A stretch of DNA of 63,011 nt, filler included, from Phoronis australis (lineage: Eukaryota > Animalia > Phoronida), in the NCBI GenBank assembly GCA_002633005.1. It is 7 parts of 7 records of this genome, joined end to end, with 100 filler letters (N's around TTAATTAATTAA, not from the genome) between each part and the next. Parts side by side here need not be neighbours in the genome. Positions count along the whole stretch, not along the records: positions 43,063 to 59,316 come from NMRA01001512.1; positions 59,417 to 63,011 come from NMRA01000256.1; 5 more parts are not named here. One strand, given 5' to 3'. The notes below the pieces were generated by a model. That model had not been told where the DNA came from, searched no databases, and was given only the letters and a program-made list of their open reading frames with translations. The position numbers were made by a program, and so were the translations under genes. Of the stretch, positions 51,664 through 63,011 are shown piece by piece (position 1 is the first letter of the stretch; every line of letters starts with the position of its first letter).

Positions 51664-54248
51664 TACCATAAACGTTCGGGTTAACGCACTGGGCGGTTAA
51701 ATTGGTGAACCCAAAAAAATCAGGAGTGGGCGGTTAACCAGACATGGGCGCTTAAACGTGAAATTTCAAGAAATCGCGGGTGGGCTGTTAACCGAACATG
51801 GGCACTTATTACGACAGAAAACCGGGGTTGGCGGTTAATCTTACCTCATGACCACAGTCCCCACATATGGTTGGAACTCGTAGCACTTTTCCGAGCTATA
51901 TCGCCATATAGCCAAATGACGGTAAAAATGTCATAACAGCAGATGACCCCAACAAAGGTTCTGTTGCCCTCAGATTAATCATTTCAGTTAAATTTTCAAA
52001 ATCGCTGAGTAATAGCCCGTGCCGTCTTGCGGTCTTGCTAGAGCTGTACCTGTAGAGCACAGACAACCAGTGACTATGCAGCGCTCCATTTGGATTGCAA
52101 CTATCCTCACTGACATGGTGCAAAGTGCGTGCGTGCAACCTTCACGTGCTGCATAGGTCACAGCAGAGTCACGTGTTAGTTGTCAAGTTCTGAGTTAGAG
52201 AGCAGTTTTAAATTATTTGTAATTAAAGTTTGAAAAACTAATTCAGGTGTTTTTGTGTTTGGGATGTTTATGTTCGAGACTCTGTGATTCAATGACATTT
52301 TCAAGGTAAGGTTCTGCGGCTGTTTTATTTTGACCGTCCAGCGGGGGTAGGCATACATAGGCCAGTCGTCAATCAAAAGTTACCGCAAAGGCATCACTCA
52401 AAAAAAGTACTTTTAAAAGATTTCAATGTTAAAAACATACTAACACGATGAATGGGATGAGTCTAATGAACCCGTGTAGTAGAGTCTGAGAAAGAAGTAG
52501 TTTATACACAAGTACCTACGTCGGTAAAAATAATTAGAAGACGAAGCCCCCATTATTCGCGTAACCGGCACCAGTGGTTTGTTCCAATGTTGCAAACGGG
52601 ACTCGGCGCTAGGCATAACGAGCTGCAGGTTGCATTGGCGACCTGAATTTTGAAAATGTGAGCTGAGATTTTGGTCATCTTGTATGTAAACGTAACATGC
52701 AACCTGAAATTTCCAATGTACGGACCACGGTATACATATGTGATAGAACATCACAAAACAGCAATGTTTCTATTTTCTAAACGATCAACTTACCAAATTT
52801 TGTGGTGGATAAACACATTTTTATTTTACATGCAAGATTTCCAGATTATCCTATTATAATATCACCTACAATATTGTACTGCGACACTGTTCGGTCCCAC
52901 TGTTTGCGCGCAATGTCCCTGGAAACGATCGCGACTTGGAAATGTCGGCAAGTAATCGGCCTGTTTCAATATGCGTCTCATTTTTATGGCAAAAGACAGC
53001 GGCAAACAAATTCTCAAGACCTTCTTTTCGGAGTTGAGCACGTGCATATGAGTCACGGGTCAATCACATATGCAGTCAAGGTAACTTGCACTCCAGAGCG
53101 TGGGAACTCACACGCGCAACACACAAAATTCGCACATCAAAAAACAACAGCGACAGTACCAAGTATAAAAGTATAGCGGCTTGACTGTAGGTTTAAGCTG
53201 ACCGGGTGTTTATTTGACACAGAACTTGGGCCTCCTGCTGTTTTAAAAAAAACAACGTACCCCAAAACTGCGACGCGAAGTCTCAGTTCTGATAATTCAC
53301 AGCTCGATGTTCCCCAGGCCCTAGGGGTTCACCCCCTCCCCACTGCTGCCAATTGACATATTGCAAGCTCCGCCCCTTTGCGTAATGTCGACTAACAAAC
53401 AATAAGTTTTTTCCGGCAACGTGTTGTTTGTTGGGTTTAATGGCAGCTTGGAAACGAAGATGTGTCAAAAATGCTGTGTTCTAAATGGTGACTTAAGCCA
53501 TCACTCAAAATCCTGACGATAGGTCAATTTTCAGTCAGTCTACGTCGTAGATATTTCACACTCGAATGGGAAGGATTTTGTTCCAGCTGAAACTAGCCAA
53601 TGAAGAAACGAAACTATTCGGGAGGGCTAAAAAGGTAGGTGGAAACAATATTCACAAAGTTAAGGGAATTCTTCAAAATCTGAGAGCTTCCCACCTAAAG
53701 CAAATTAGGAGTGTTGGCAAGACAACTGTCATGTTTCTCTAGCTTTATTTTTTTGAATATTTGTTTTATCCAGAGCATTGCAGACGGAAACTTAACGCGG
53801 CAGACGGCATCACTGAAATCGTAGGTAATTTGAAGCCGGCAGGATTCTTAGTTTTGCCAACATGGGAAGAAAACAAAGTGACAATTGAAAGAGTTCAAGA
53901 AATTATTACATTTTGAAGCAAATCCAAGACCCGGGACAATAATTTGTGACTTGTAATATAATTCACATTCCCAAACCACCGTCTCCGACGCAGTCGTTGT
54001 ATTCTTTATTATCAGCGATGTTTATTTAAAAATGGGTAATCGCACGTTTCCTTAGCACTGGGCACGTAATCAGCAATCTTCAAAAGTCGGGCATGGGCGC
54101 TTACCCGAGAGGTGGGCGCTTAAATGGGAATCTTCAAAAATCGCAGAGGGGTGGTTAACCAAGCAGTGGGAGGCTAAATCGAAAATCCACCTAAAGTAGG
54201 GGATGGGCAGTTAAGTGAACATGGGCGTTAACACGAACGTTTATGGTA
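51664..54248 (-). mobile_element. Same DNA transposon family, copy 2, inverted relative to copy 1
   Basis: TA|ccataaacgttcg ... cgaacgtttatgg|TA; internal sequence is reverse-complement similar to 44286-46725 (e.g. aaatcgaaaatccacctaaagtagggg). Confidence 0.85.
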
Positions 54249-56879
54249 TAATACACCCTGCACAAGGAAAGTGTACAGATTTTTAATTTAGTAGACAGGC
54301 ATGGAACACAGCCCAGCTACGGTATTTTATGGTAGATAATAGAAGCACTCCGTGTTTCAAGCACCACATTACCAACACAGAACGTGTCATGCACCACATT
54401 GCAACGCAGAGTGTAATTGAGATAGAACATTTAATCTGTACCAAAGTCCCGGGATGGTTTAAAATCAATCTTAGTATGCCTTCACCTATCTTGATGTAAT
54501 GATAGTTGAGGAAGGAGGTTAAAAGGGCAAAAAATTGCACTACTATGGAACACTTAATTCAAGAAAATATTCTCAGACAATCTTATGATGCTGCAAATCC
54601 AATGCTATTTCGTGAATCCGACTGGTTCATTTCGTCTATTTTAAGCCATTTCGGTAAATCCAATATCAACTCAACAACTGTATTTTATCTATTTTATCCT
54701 TTATCGCAAACACACTGCTACTTCGTAAATTCAATCGTGTTCTATGGTGAGACTTCAAAATCCAAAGGACATTCAGTTGATTATTCGCGTAAAAAGGGTG
54801 CTTCTATGAGAGGAAGTAAGCACGACCTCATACAAAGGTAAGGTTTGTGATTATTTTTACGATTAGTCCATGATTATTCTACCGATGCCTGTTAACTGAG
54901 GCACTCGCCGATGTCGACTTCGCGGCAGTCAGTCGCCAGCCAGAGTCTGGTTATCTTTATGACTTTATATGTTGTGATATGTGATACGATACTTGACGTA
55001 GCAATCGGAATCTTTCGTACATCAAAGCATTATTATTGTTTGGAATGATTTCTAAAAGTTTATCAGTGATAGTTACATCAATCAATGCTGAATGTTTATG
55101 CTGTCAACTCGATACAGGTTAATATGAGTTAAGATTACAATCCAATCCCAATGGTAAAGGAAACGTGAGTGATAAATATCCATTGCATTAGACTATTTGT
55201 TTACTCCCTATCATATGTCTTCTGGCAATCTGTTACACGTTGAAATGGAAATCTATCACGTCAGTTTTCACGTAACCTTTGGTTTTTAGGTTTGAAGACT
55301 TGTACCGTGCAGAGGAGATATGCTGTTTTGCTACTTGTATCAATTGTAAAACCACGAAAATATATTACTGTAACANTACTCCCTATCATATGTCTTCTGG
55401 CAATCTGTTACACGTTGAAATGGAAATCTATCACGTCAGTTTTCACGTAACCTGTTTTGCTACTTGTATCAATTGTAAAACCACGAAAATATATTACTGT
55501 AACATTTTCCGAATTCACTGTGACTGAATAGTATTGACTCATGCCTTGAAATGTTTCAAGTCGTTATAAATTCAAATGACTGCCATTTTTGTGAAAATTG
55601 CATTTTTGATGGTGCCTTACGATTTGTAATTACTCTTAAACAACAGAAAGATTATCCATCATTTTTAAATGACCCAAGTCTTCATATCTTCTACTAGAAG
55701 AAAAACGGTTCCCTCAACCTTAGGCTAGAAGTATGCTTGACAGACCCTTGAACCTGTAATCTGAGTTTAAAATTGCTGAAAGTATCAAAATTAAAAAGGC
55801 TTGAAAATGGGTAACAAATGTTTGAAGTTGTCTCAAAAAATTTATATATTTTACAGACAAGTGATGCGTTTAAAGAACTGTTATGGCTAGGGATAAAAAA
55901 TAAAGACACAGTTTTATGCAATACTCATTATATACACCCTTGGTTTCTGAAAATAGTAAATATTTAATTTTATGTGAAACTGTAGACCAATCACCATATA
56001 TTTTTGAAAAACAGGGATAACATTTTTGATCCAATCTGGAGTACTTAATTCTTCATATTTCAATATTTGTTACAGGTGCAGTGACATTTTAAGACCACTT
56101 CAAGCAGTATCATAGACAAGCTTTGTTACTCGGTTCTCTTCCCACAGCACTTCCACACACCAGCAGTGCTGCTTGGCACAATGTGAAAGTCAGTGGCCCT
56201 GGAGAAATGTGAATAAGAGTACTAAGTTACCATAAGACAACGTGCCAGTGGAGTGTCTGTGTATTCAGACGAACTATATCTGACTGCTACACAAACAAGC
56301 CTTGTTGGTGAGGATGCCCTTTCATAGGCAATGAGTCATGTGTGGACAATAGTTTATTTCTTTTCCTGGAAGAAAACATGAGGGACTGAAGCTAAAGAAG
56401 ACCTAGTCACACTCTGGTCTAGTTCAGAGTCTGATATTGGGCTCAAAACGATTCAAATGATATGCTGCTGTGTTTACCTTCAAGGGTCTAATTGTGGATG
56501 TTATTGAGGCTGAATGAGGTTACATGAAAGAAAGCCACGTGTTGAAACTGGACCTTTTTTACAAGCGCTTCTATAGGCCATTGAAACTAGAACCCAGTGA
56601 AATGAAAGCCAAAAGCTGAGTGACATTAAATTGTCCTTTCAGAAGAAAGGCTTTATACTATTGGTAAAAACTTTTCAATTTGGTACAGATTATGGGGAAA
56701 TGACATTCAGTGACTGCATCGATTGTCTTATTGTATGTTTTCAATTGTAGCTAGCTGGATAAGAATCTGCTATGCACAAGATTCGAGAATAAACAATTAT
56801 CAGTGTATTTAAAAACAAATGGCAAACTGAAAAAGCACAGAAAGAAACAACATTGCGAGGGAGTCCATAATCAGGCATA

Positions 56880-57000
56880 TCAGGTGCTGAATTTCTGAAT
56901 TACGTTCAATTCTCTCAGGTTATTGCTGAAGGATTGCTTTTCACTTTGTCCAACGGTGAAATAGATGGTCAGGCGGTTGGTTTCAGTTGTTTTTTCTTGC
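56880..57000 (-). CDS. Gene Y terminal coding exon
   Basis: ttctgttacag|G, phase 2; QEKTTETNRLTIYFTVGQSEKQSFSNNLRELNVIQKFST*. Confidence 0.5.
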
Positions 57001-57645
57001 CTGTAACAGAATAGAAATATTAGCAAATTGTAAAAGAAAAGACAAGACAAAACTACTTTTGTAAGGCAGAACATACTTGACATTTCATCTTCATGTTTAT
57101 GTGTAGAAACTAATAACCTTTGTACCCAAGTCTTATTTAATATCTGAATTAAAATATGTGAAACAGGCTAAAAGTGATTTAACAATGTGTATTTTTCATG
57201 ACACTTAAAATGTGCTTCTGATCTCAACAAGTAAAATTCATTCTAGGTGTCAATTTTTTTCCAATGCAATGTTACGACATTTACTGAATTAAGGCTTATT
57301 CATGTTAATTCGATAACTGAGCTGGTGGTCCTGGGGGTGGGGTCCACGATAAAATAAGGAAACTCACTCATCTAGAGAATTTTATTGGAAACAGCATAGT
57401 TTTGAAGAGAAACTGCTGTGAAAAAGTCACTCTTGACTTCTGTGCATCACGTACCATACACCTCTTATTTTGGGAGCACTCCCACCCAGGACAATATGAA
57501 TATGTGCTGCTAGCCTACCCGGCATCGGGTGAGTTTCCAAAAAGAAACACTTAGTTCCACTCAATAAAACTGTTATTCAGTGGGGTAACTGGTGGGGATA
57601 ACATCACCGAACGATGTTGATAGAAACTGATTGCTAAAAACTTAC

Positions 57646-57800
57646 CAAGTAATGTTGTGTAGTCTCCGAATGGAACTGCATAGTCATAGAGCACACACGG
57701 GGCTTCAGCATCCACACACTTTTTGTCAGTTAGTTGACCCTGTTGACCGCAATTGTCCACGAATATAGTAACCTTAGGTCTTTTGGGAATTTGTGGCCAC
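57646..57800 (-). CDS. Gene Y internal exon (weakly helicase-C-terminal-like)
   Basis: tcttcgacag|G...TTG|gtaagt; 155 nt, phase 2 to 1; WPQIPKRPKVTIFVDNCGQQGQLTDKKCVDAEAPCVLYDYAVPFGDYTTLL. Confidence 0.55.
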
Positions 57801-58191
57801 CTGTCGAAGACTTGCACCACGGAAATCAGCAGTAATAAGGCTTAGCGCGACGACGTATTTTGATAAAAATTCCATCTTTTACCAGTTGTTTACATGCAGA
57901 CAGCCACGCATGCGCAATTTAATCACCACTAGTACAGCAGCGACACCGCGAGGAGAATTCTCCGAATAGCCCCATTAATAATTATCACAAAAACTAGGTC
58001 ATGCAGGCGGATTCAACATATTAAATGGGTCAAGCTGGTGCACTGTAGTCCACTTCTAAGTAGTTCAACAGACTGTCAATGTCCTTGGGCTCCATGGAAT
58101 ACAAGATAGTTTAGATTGCACAATGCACCCACCATTATATCATCACCAGAAACCATTAAGAATCTTATTGTAAGCGAATCTGTGAAAAATT

Positions 58192-58380
58192 ATGTGGTCT
58201 AAAAAAATGAACGTGATCCCCAAACCAGCCTCATGGTTTGGTGGATTCTATGAAAGATTAATCGGTATAATGAAATCAGCAATGAAGAAAGTGCTTGTCA
58301 AATCATGTGCAACACTGGATGAACTAGCCACTGTGCTATCAGAAATAGAATCTGTGATCAACAACAGACCCCTAACATTA
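58192..58380 (+). mobile_element. BEL/Pao LTR retrotransposon integrase fragment
   Basis: PASWFGGFYERLIGIMKSAMKKVL...TLDELATVLSEIESVINNRPLT is the BEL/Pao integrase signature. Confidence 0.9.
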
Positions 58381-58454
58381 TGTATCAACCTCACTCACTC
58401 CATCACATCTGATCCATGTACGGTTGACTTCAAAGTTACCCTGACAGTTTGCAG

Positions 58455-59316
58455 AACTTGAAGAAACGCGGAGTGTTGAAATAAGCCCACGAATGCACTG
58501 AAAACAGTGGGCTTCTAAGGTGTTTATTTGTATCATAAAAATGGCCACTAGATAGTGCAAAATATTTTGAATCCATCAAAAACTGGAAAATGTCACCGTT
58601 TTTTAACAGAAAGCTATTTCCCACATTTCATGAAACTTTACCATAACGGAAAAAATGAAATTGCCATTGGGAGACAAAGATTCATCAGATCCGTCCGAAA
58701 GTTGTCGTCTTCCGTTGTCAACGTATTATAAATACACTTGCTAAAAACATTCTGCTGAGGGCTTAGGAGATACAGCTAAGGGCACAAAAAAATGCTACTG
58801 AGAGGCGTCACAGTAATTGAAGCCGGAAAATCATCGTCAACCATCCTCTTCACACTAACAAATAAGCCAATTTTCACAATCATTCATTTGGTTGATGAAG
58901 GGCGGACAGCAAAAACAGACTAGAAAACAGTTCAATTGGCAACTAGATGGGGCAAAATAAATCGAATCCATCTGAAAACCGGAAAAAGTCACCGTTTTTT
59001 TACAAGAAAACTATTTAACAGATTTCATGAAAATTCGTCAAGGAATTTCAGAGAAACAGAGGAAAACAGAAGAAATGAAATAGCCACTAGGAAGCAGTGG
59101 TAGTCGGACCCGGCTGAAAGTCATCGTCTTTCATTGTTAACTTCATATAAACACATTTGCTACATTTAATAAAGATCCTGTAGAGCGCTTAGGAGATACA
59201 GCTATGGGCGCAAAAACAAAAACAAAACTGCCACTAGCAGGCGCCACAGTAGTCAAAGTCGTCGGAAAATCATTGTCAACTGTCCTCTTCATAGCAAGAA
59301 CATACATGCCAATTTT
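58455..59316 (-). mobile_element. HINE-like repeat family 2, copy 2 (truncated by gap)
   Basis: gttgaaataagcccacgaatg end, ggagatacagcta blocks and ~430-bp internal duplication; reverse-complement similar to 28385-29010. Confidence 0.7.
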
Positions 59317-59898
59317 NNNNNNNNNNNNNNNNNNNNNNNNNNNNNNNNNNNNNNNNNNNNTTAATTAATTAANNNNNNNNNNNNNNNNNNNNNNNNNNNN
59401 NNNNNNNNNNNNNNNNAGCTAGACTAAGAAAAATAAGGGCAAAAAAATGCAAAATCGGCACTTTTCACCCGAAAAACACCACTTCCCTGCCGATGCACGA
59501 CTAAAACCAAACTTAGAGTCTGAAAGCAAATTTCCTACCGATTCAGAAAATGTGGTCCAAAAGTACTGTCAACCAACTAGTTTTTTTGCAATTCTTGCTT
59601 GTTTGAGGGCTACCTAAAATCACAGCCAATTTCTCGGTCGCTACCCAACAATGCACAATTGCAGCTGGGGGCCGCCATCTTGAAGAAGAGTGCAGCTACA
59701 GCCAAGAAAGTGGCCTTTTTTATTCACAGCATGTTCACAAATACAAACAAACCACATTCACTGAGCCTACGTGCAATGCCCACCTACAAAATGCCCCCAA
59801 ACTTGGCCTACCCCAAAATTTCTATATTTTGGGAGTGCAAATTGGCCGCGGCCGCAGCCTAACTATTCAGTGCCACCTTCTCATCTTCTGATTCAAAT

Positions 59899-60327
59899 AA
59901 GGTACAGCCCATGGACGCATGAGCACGACTCACGGACCTGCAAACACCGTCCAGGCGTCCACTAGTGACTCACAAACACGGGAACGGACTCACAAAACAC
60001 GATCCATTCACCCAAATACACGAGACACGGACTCATATTCAAGAGGAAACACGGTTAACGGACCTCCAAACACGGTCACGGACTCATCGACTTCCTGGGT
60101 CAGCTGACATCTACAGTTTGTACGTAAACCGTGTTTGGCGGTCCGTTAACCGTGTTTCTTCGTGAATGTGAGTCCATGTCCCGTGTATTTGGGTGAATGG
60201 ATCGTGTTTTGTGAGTCCGTTCCCGTGTTTGTGAGTAAGTAGATGGTGTTTGCAGGTCCGTGAGTCATGTTCATGCGACTCCGTGGGCCGTGTTTATGAG
60301 TCCGTTAACCGTGTAGTTAGGTACCTT
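59899..60327. mobile_element. Foldback/MITE-like element with ~170-bp inverted arms
   Basis: actcacaaacacgggaacggactcacaaaacacgatccattcacccaaatacacg and its reverse complement cgtgtatttgggtgaatggatcgtgttttgtgagtccgttcccgtgtttgtgagt; ends aaggtac / gtacctt. Confidence 0.85.
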
Positions 60328-60509
60328 GTGATTGTCCCCAATACACTATATAATACTACAAGGTATGACACTCCCAACTAGAAATTCCATGGGTGCTTCA
60401 CTTCAGCCGTCCATAGGAAACACAAAACTCAATAAATTTACACAAAATAGAGGTTCAACAAACCACGAGGAATTGTTCTTTCTCCCAATGCCATTTACGG
60501 TGTCTTGCT

Positions 60510-60815
60510 TCGCCCAGTTCGTAAGATATTCGTGGTTAAAGCACAAAAACCTTCTCAAAAAGCCTGTCCGGAGAAATGTAAATCGAAGGTCAAGGACGAT
60601 TATTACGGAATTATCCGATGAGTCACGGATGAACGGCAATTGCCGATTTGTCAGGGAAAGTTACGAAATTATGACAATCGGCAATTGCCGTTCATCTGTA
60701 ACTCATCGGATAATTCTGTATCGTTATTGACCTTCGATTTACAAAGGAATTTCTCTGGACGGGCTTTTAGGGAAGATTTTTGGGCTTTGACCGCGAATTT
60801 CTTGCGAACTGGAAA
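60510..60815. mobile_element. Second foldback/MITE-like inverted repeat
   Basis: tgtaaatcgaaggtcaa...gaattatccgatgagt..gatgaacggcaattgccgatt versus aatcggcaattgccgttcatc..actcatcggataattc...ttgaccttcgatttaca. Confidence 0.8.
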
Positions 60816-63011
60816 ATGTTGTGTGCTATTGTATTTGTGGGAAACTGTAACTTGCCAGTAATTCCTGAAAAAATGTCGAAAGTTGGATGTTTTCGGAACA
60901 TCATTTGTGCATGAATTTGAAATGCGATCAAAAGCGATCAAAAATTGGAAATTAATGATTTTGATGACAAAAATCTGTAGTTGCATAACACAAAAAAATT
61001 ACGTAGAAACTCGGACTGCTTTTCGAAAACTCAACCAAGTCATAATAGCTTATGCCAAAAAAAAAATTGGTCATTTTTATTGATACTCTTGCTTTGCTGT
61101 GAACATATCTGTCCTTTTTTGTTAAATTTTGCCAAAAACATCGTTTGACATAATTAATAACAGTTAGATAGCAAGTCCAATGTTTGAAAGTATTGCAAAG
61201 TGCTGGTTAACAATATTCTTGGAAGTGTTGGGAGGCCACAGGGTTGAAGGTGTGCATGCTTGTGTGAGGAAACAGAAATGGAAAGACCAAAGACGATGGT
61301 TTGCTATTGCGTTAACTGTTTATCAGATGCATGGAATATTTTAAACATTAATAAAAGCCCAACATTTGATTCTGCACATTGTCCACTTTAAATATACTTT
61401 TAATGAGTTAATTCTATTGTTTTGTAGATATTTGTTTAAATGCATTGTCTTGCTGAAAGCAATTTTTCAGATGTACAAAATATATTAAAAAATTAGGAAA
61501 TTCCAACATTAAATTCTGCACTCTTTCTACTTTAAACAAATGTATATTTTACTGAGTTAAAATTTTATAGTTTTGTCAGTTTATATTTGGCCTAATGCAA
61601 TAGCCTTGCTTAAAGGAATTTTTAACTTGAGAACTGGACTGACTAGATGACATGTGTTCAGTTTCCACTGGCTGTCTCCAAAAATTACACCTACACTCTG
61701 GTGTCATTTAATTTTAACTGGTTTTCTGACTCTTGATCAGATCTGTCAAGTTTCAACTCCAGAAGTAATCTTAAAGTTAATTAAGCTGACTTAATAGTTT
61801 TACATTAGTGTAAAAGTCTAAGAGCCAACACTTTATTGATTCACTTAATGTATATGAGTGTGAGGGGCGGAAAGAACAAATTTGTTAAAACAGAAAATCA
61901 ACTCTTGTTTTGTAAATTCAACTTTAAATAATAAATTCAATCCTATTTAAAATATAATTAAATCCTATTTCATTAATTCAATTCTATCAGGAAGAGATAA
62001 CCAGGAAGGGACAACTGTTTTAGCGCAGTTTAACGTGATTTCAAACGTAATTTCAAAAGTAAATGTTCAAGTTATCTGGAATCCAAGCATTATTTTTGAA
62101 AGATTAACTCTTTAGCTATAAAATGACACCACTTTGGTCCTCAAAGACTGCATATTACTGGCACTGGGATGCTTTGAACGTGACATGTTTACCCTTCCAA
62201 AAGATGCTTCTTCCCAGGCATGTACTCGGGCATGAGCCTCTTTTTTGAACCAACAGATGTCACTTACATATGCAAATGAGGCTCGCATCGCTACGTCATA
62301 CGACGTCATACGGCGCGAGCTTCCAATTTGAAACGTCAGGTGCCTATAGTGTATGACCAAGGAGTGTAGTAGTATACTCGTACGCTCCTTGGTATGACTT
62401 GAAACGCCGCGCAGTAGTCTACTTGATCGGGAATATCCTAGTATGATTCCAAGAAAAATAAGAACTCACCCAAGTCAATGTTCAAAGAACATTGAGTATG
62501 GTTTCACATGAAAATACATTTAATTGTATTTTGGATACGCTTGCGTGTGTCATGCGTGGACTTTGTCATTTTGCTTAAATCCAGATTTGCTGAAAGTAGA
62601 AATTCATTAGCGTTAGCCCTAAGCCACGGTGGCCGGTGTCGTGGCAGTCCCCGGGAAGTCTGATCCATGCACGTGCAATTCGATGACCTAATGGTAGTCG
62701 CTGGTCAGCTCCGCTACGATTCATTTGGGACGTGCGGCTTAGCTCGAACCTATGCCCGTGTTCTGGCTCCAAAGATCGTTTTTTGATCCCCAATGGTTTC
62801 GGGAAAAGTTCATTTTAATAGGGTCATTCCCTGAAGATTTTTTGAAAGGTATGGTCCCCGAAGTCCTTGGCCTATAGAGCTCATCAAAATTCCTTGCTGA
62901 AACACGGCCACTTGTCCAGCTTCTGCCGGGCGGCTGGGAAAATGAACGTGTGTCCCAAAAATGTACACACTTCAACGCCTGCACTTCAAGTTCATTTCTC
63001 GTCAATCACTG

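Noticed and set aside
55202-55504. Near-tandem duplication with a ~45-bp indel
   Set aside because: Identical blocks joined at a single N (55376); most likely two haplotypes or overlapping contig ends, i.e. an assembly artefact.
62575-63005. GC-richer minus-strand ORFs at the window end
   Set aside because: No recognisable motif or clean splice boundaries; truncated by the window edge.

Overview
AT-rich, intron-rich animal DNA, most likely from a marine invertebrate draft assembly. There are no prokaryotic operons or CRISPR arrays, and most ORF-track entries are spurious; the real genes are spliced. The main result is a five-exon, phase-consistent 3' part of a gene (1373-14841, +). It encodes a PIDD1-like ZU5 domain with the HFS autoproteolysis motif, a UPA-like region and a C-terminal death EFFECTOR domain (DED), where PIDD1/UNC5/ankyrin carry a death domain. 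Also present are the last exon of QDPR, an NT5C/NT5M exon, two N-terminal CHD1/2 exons, an unidentified four-exon minus-strand gene and a few orphan exons. Mobile DNA includes Helentron-type HINEs (one family carries arrays of CTCF-like motifs), an inverted pair of TA-flanked DNA transposons, decayed LINE/Gypsy/BEL fragments, foldback MITEs and minisatellites. Six 100-bp gaps hold an artificial TTAATTAATTAA linker, so adjacency across them is uncertain. All homologies come from reading the sequence and recalling families from memory; no searches were run.
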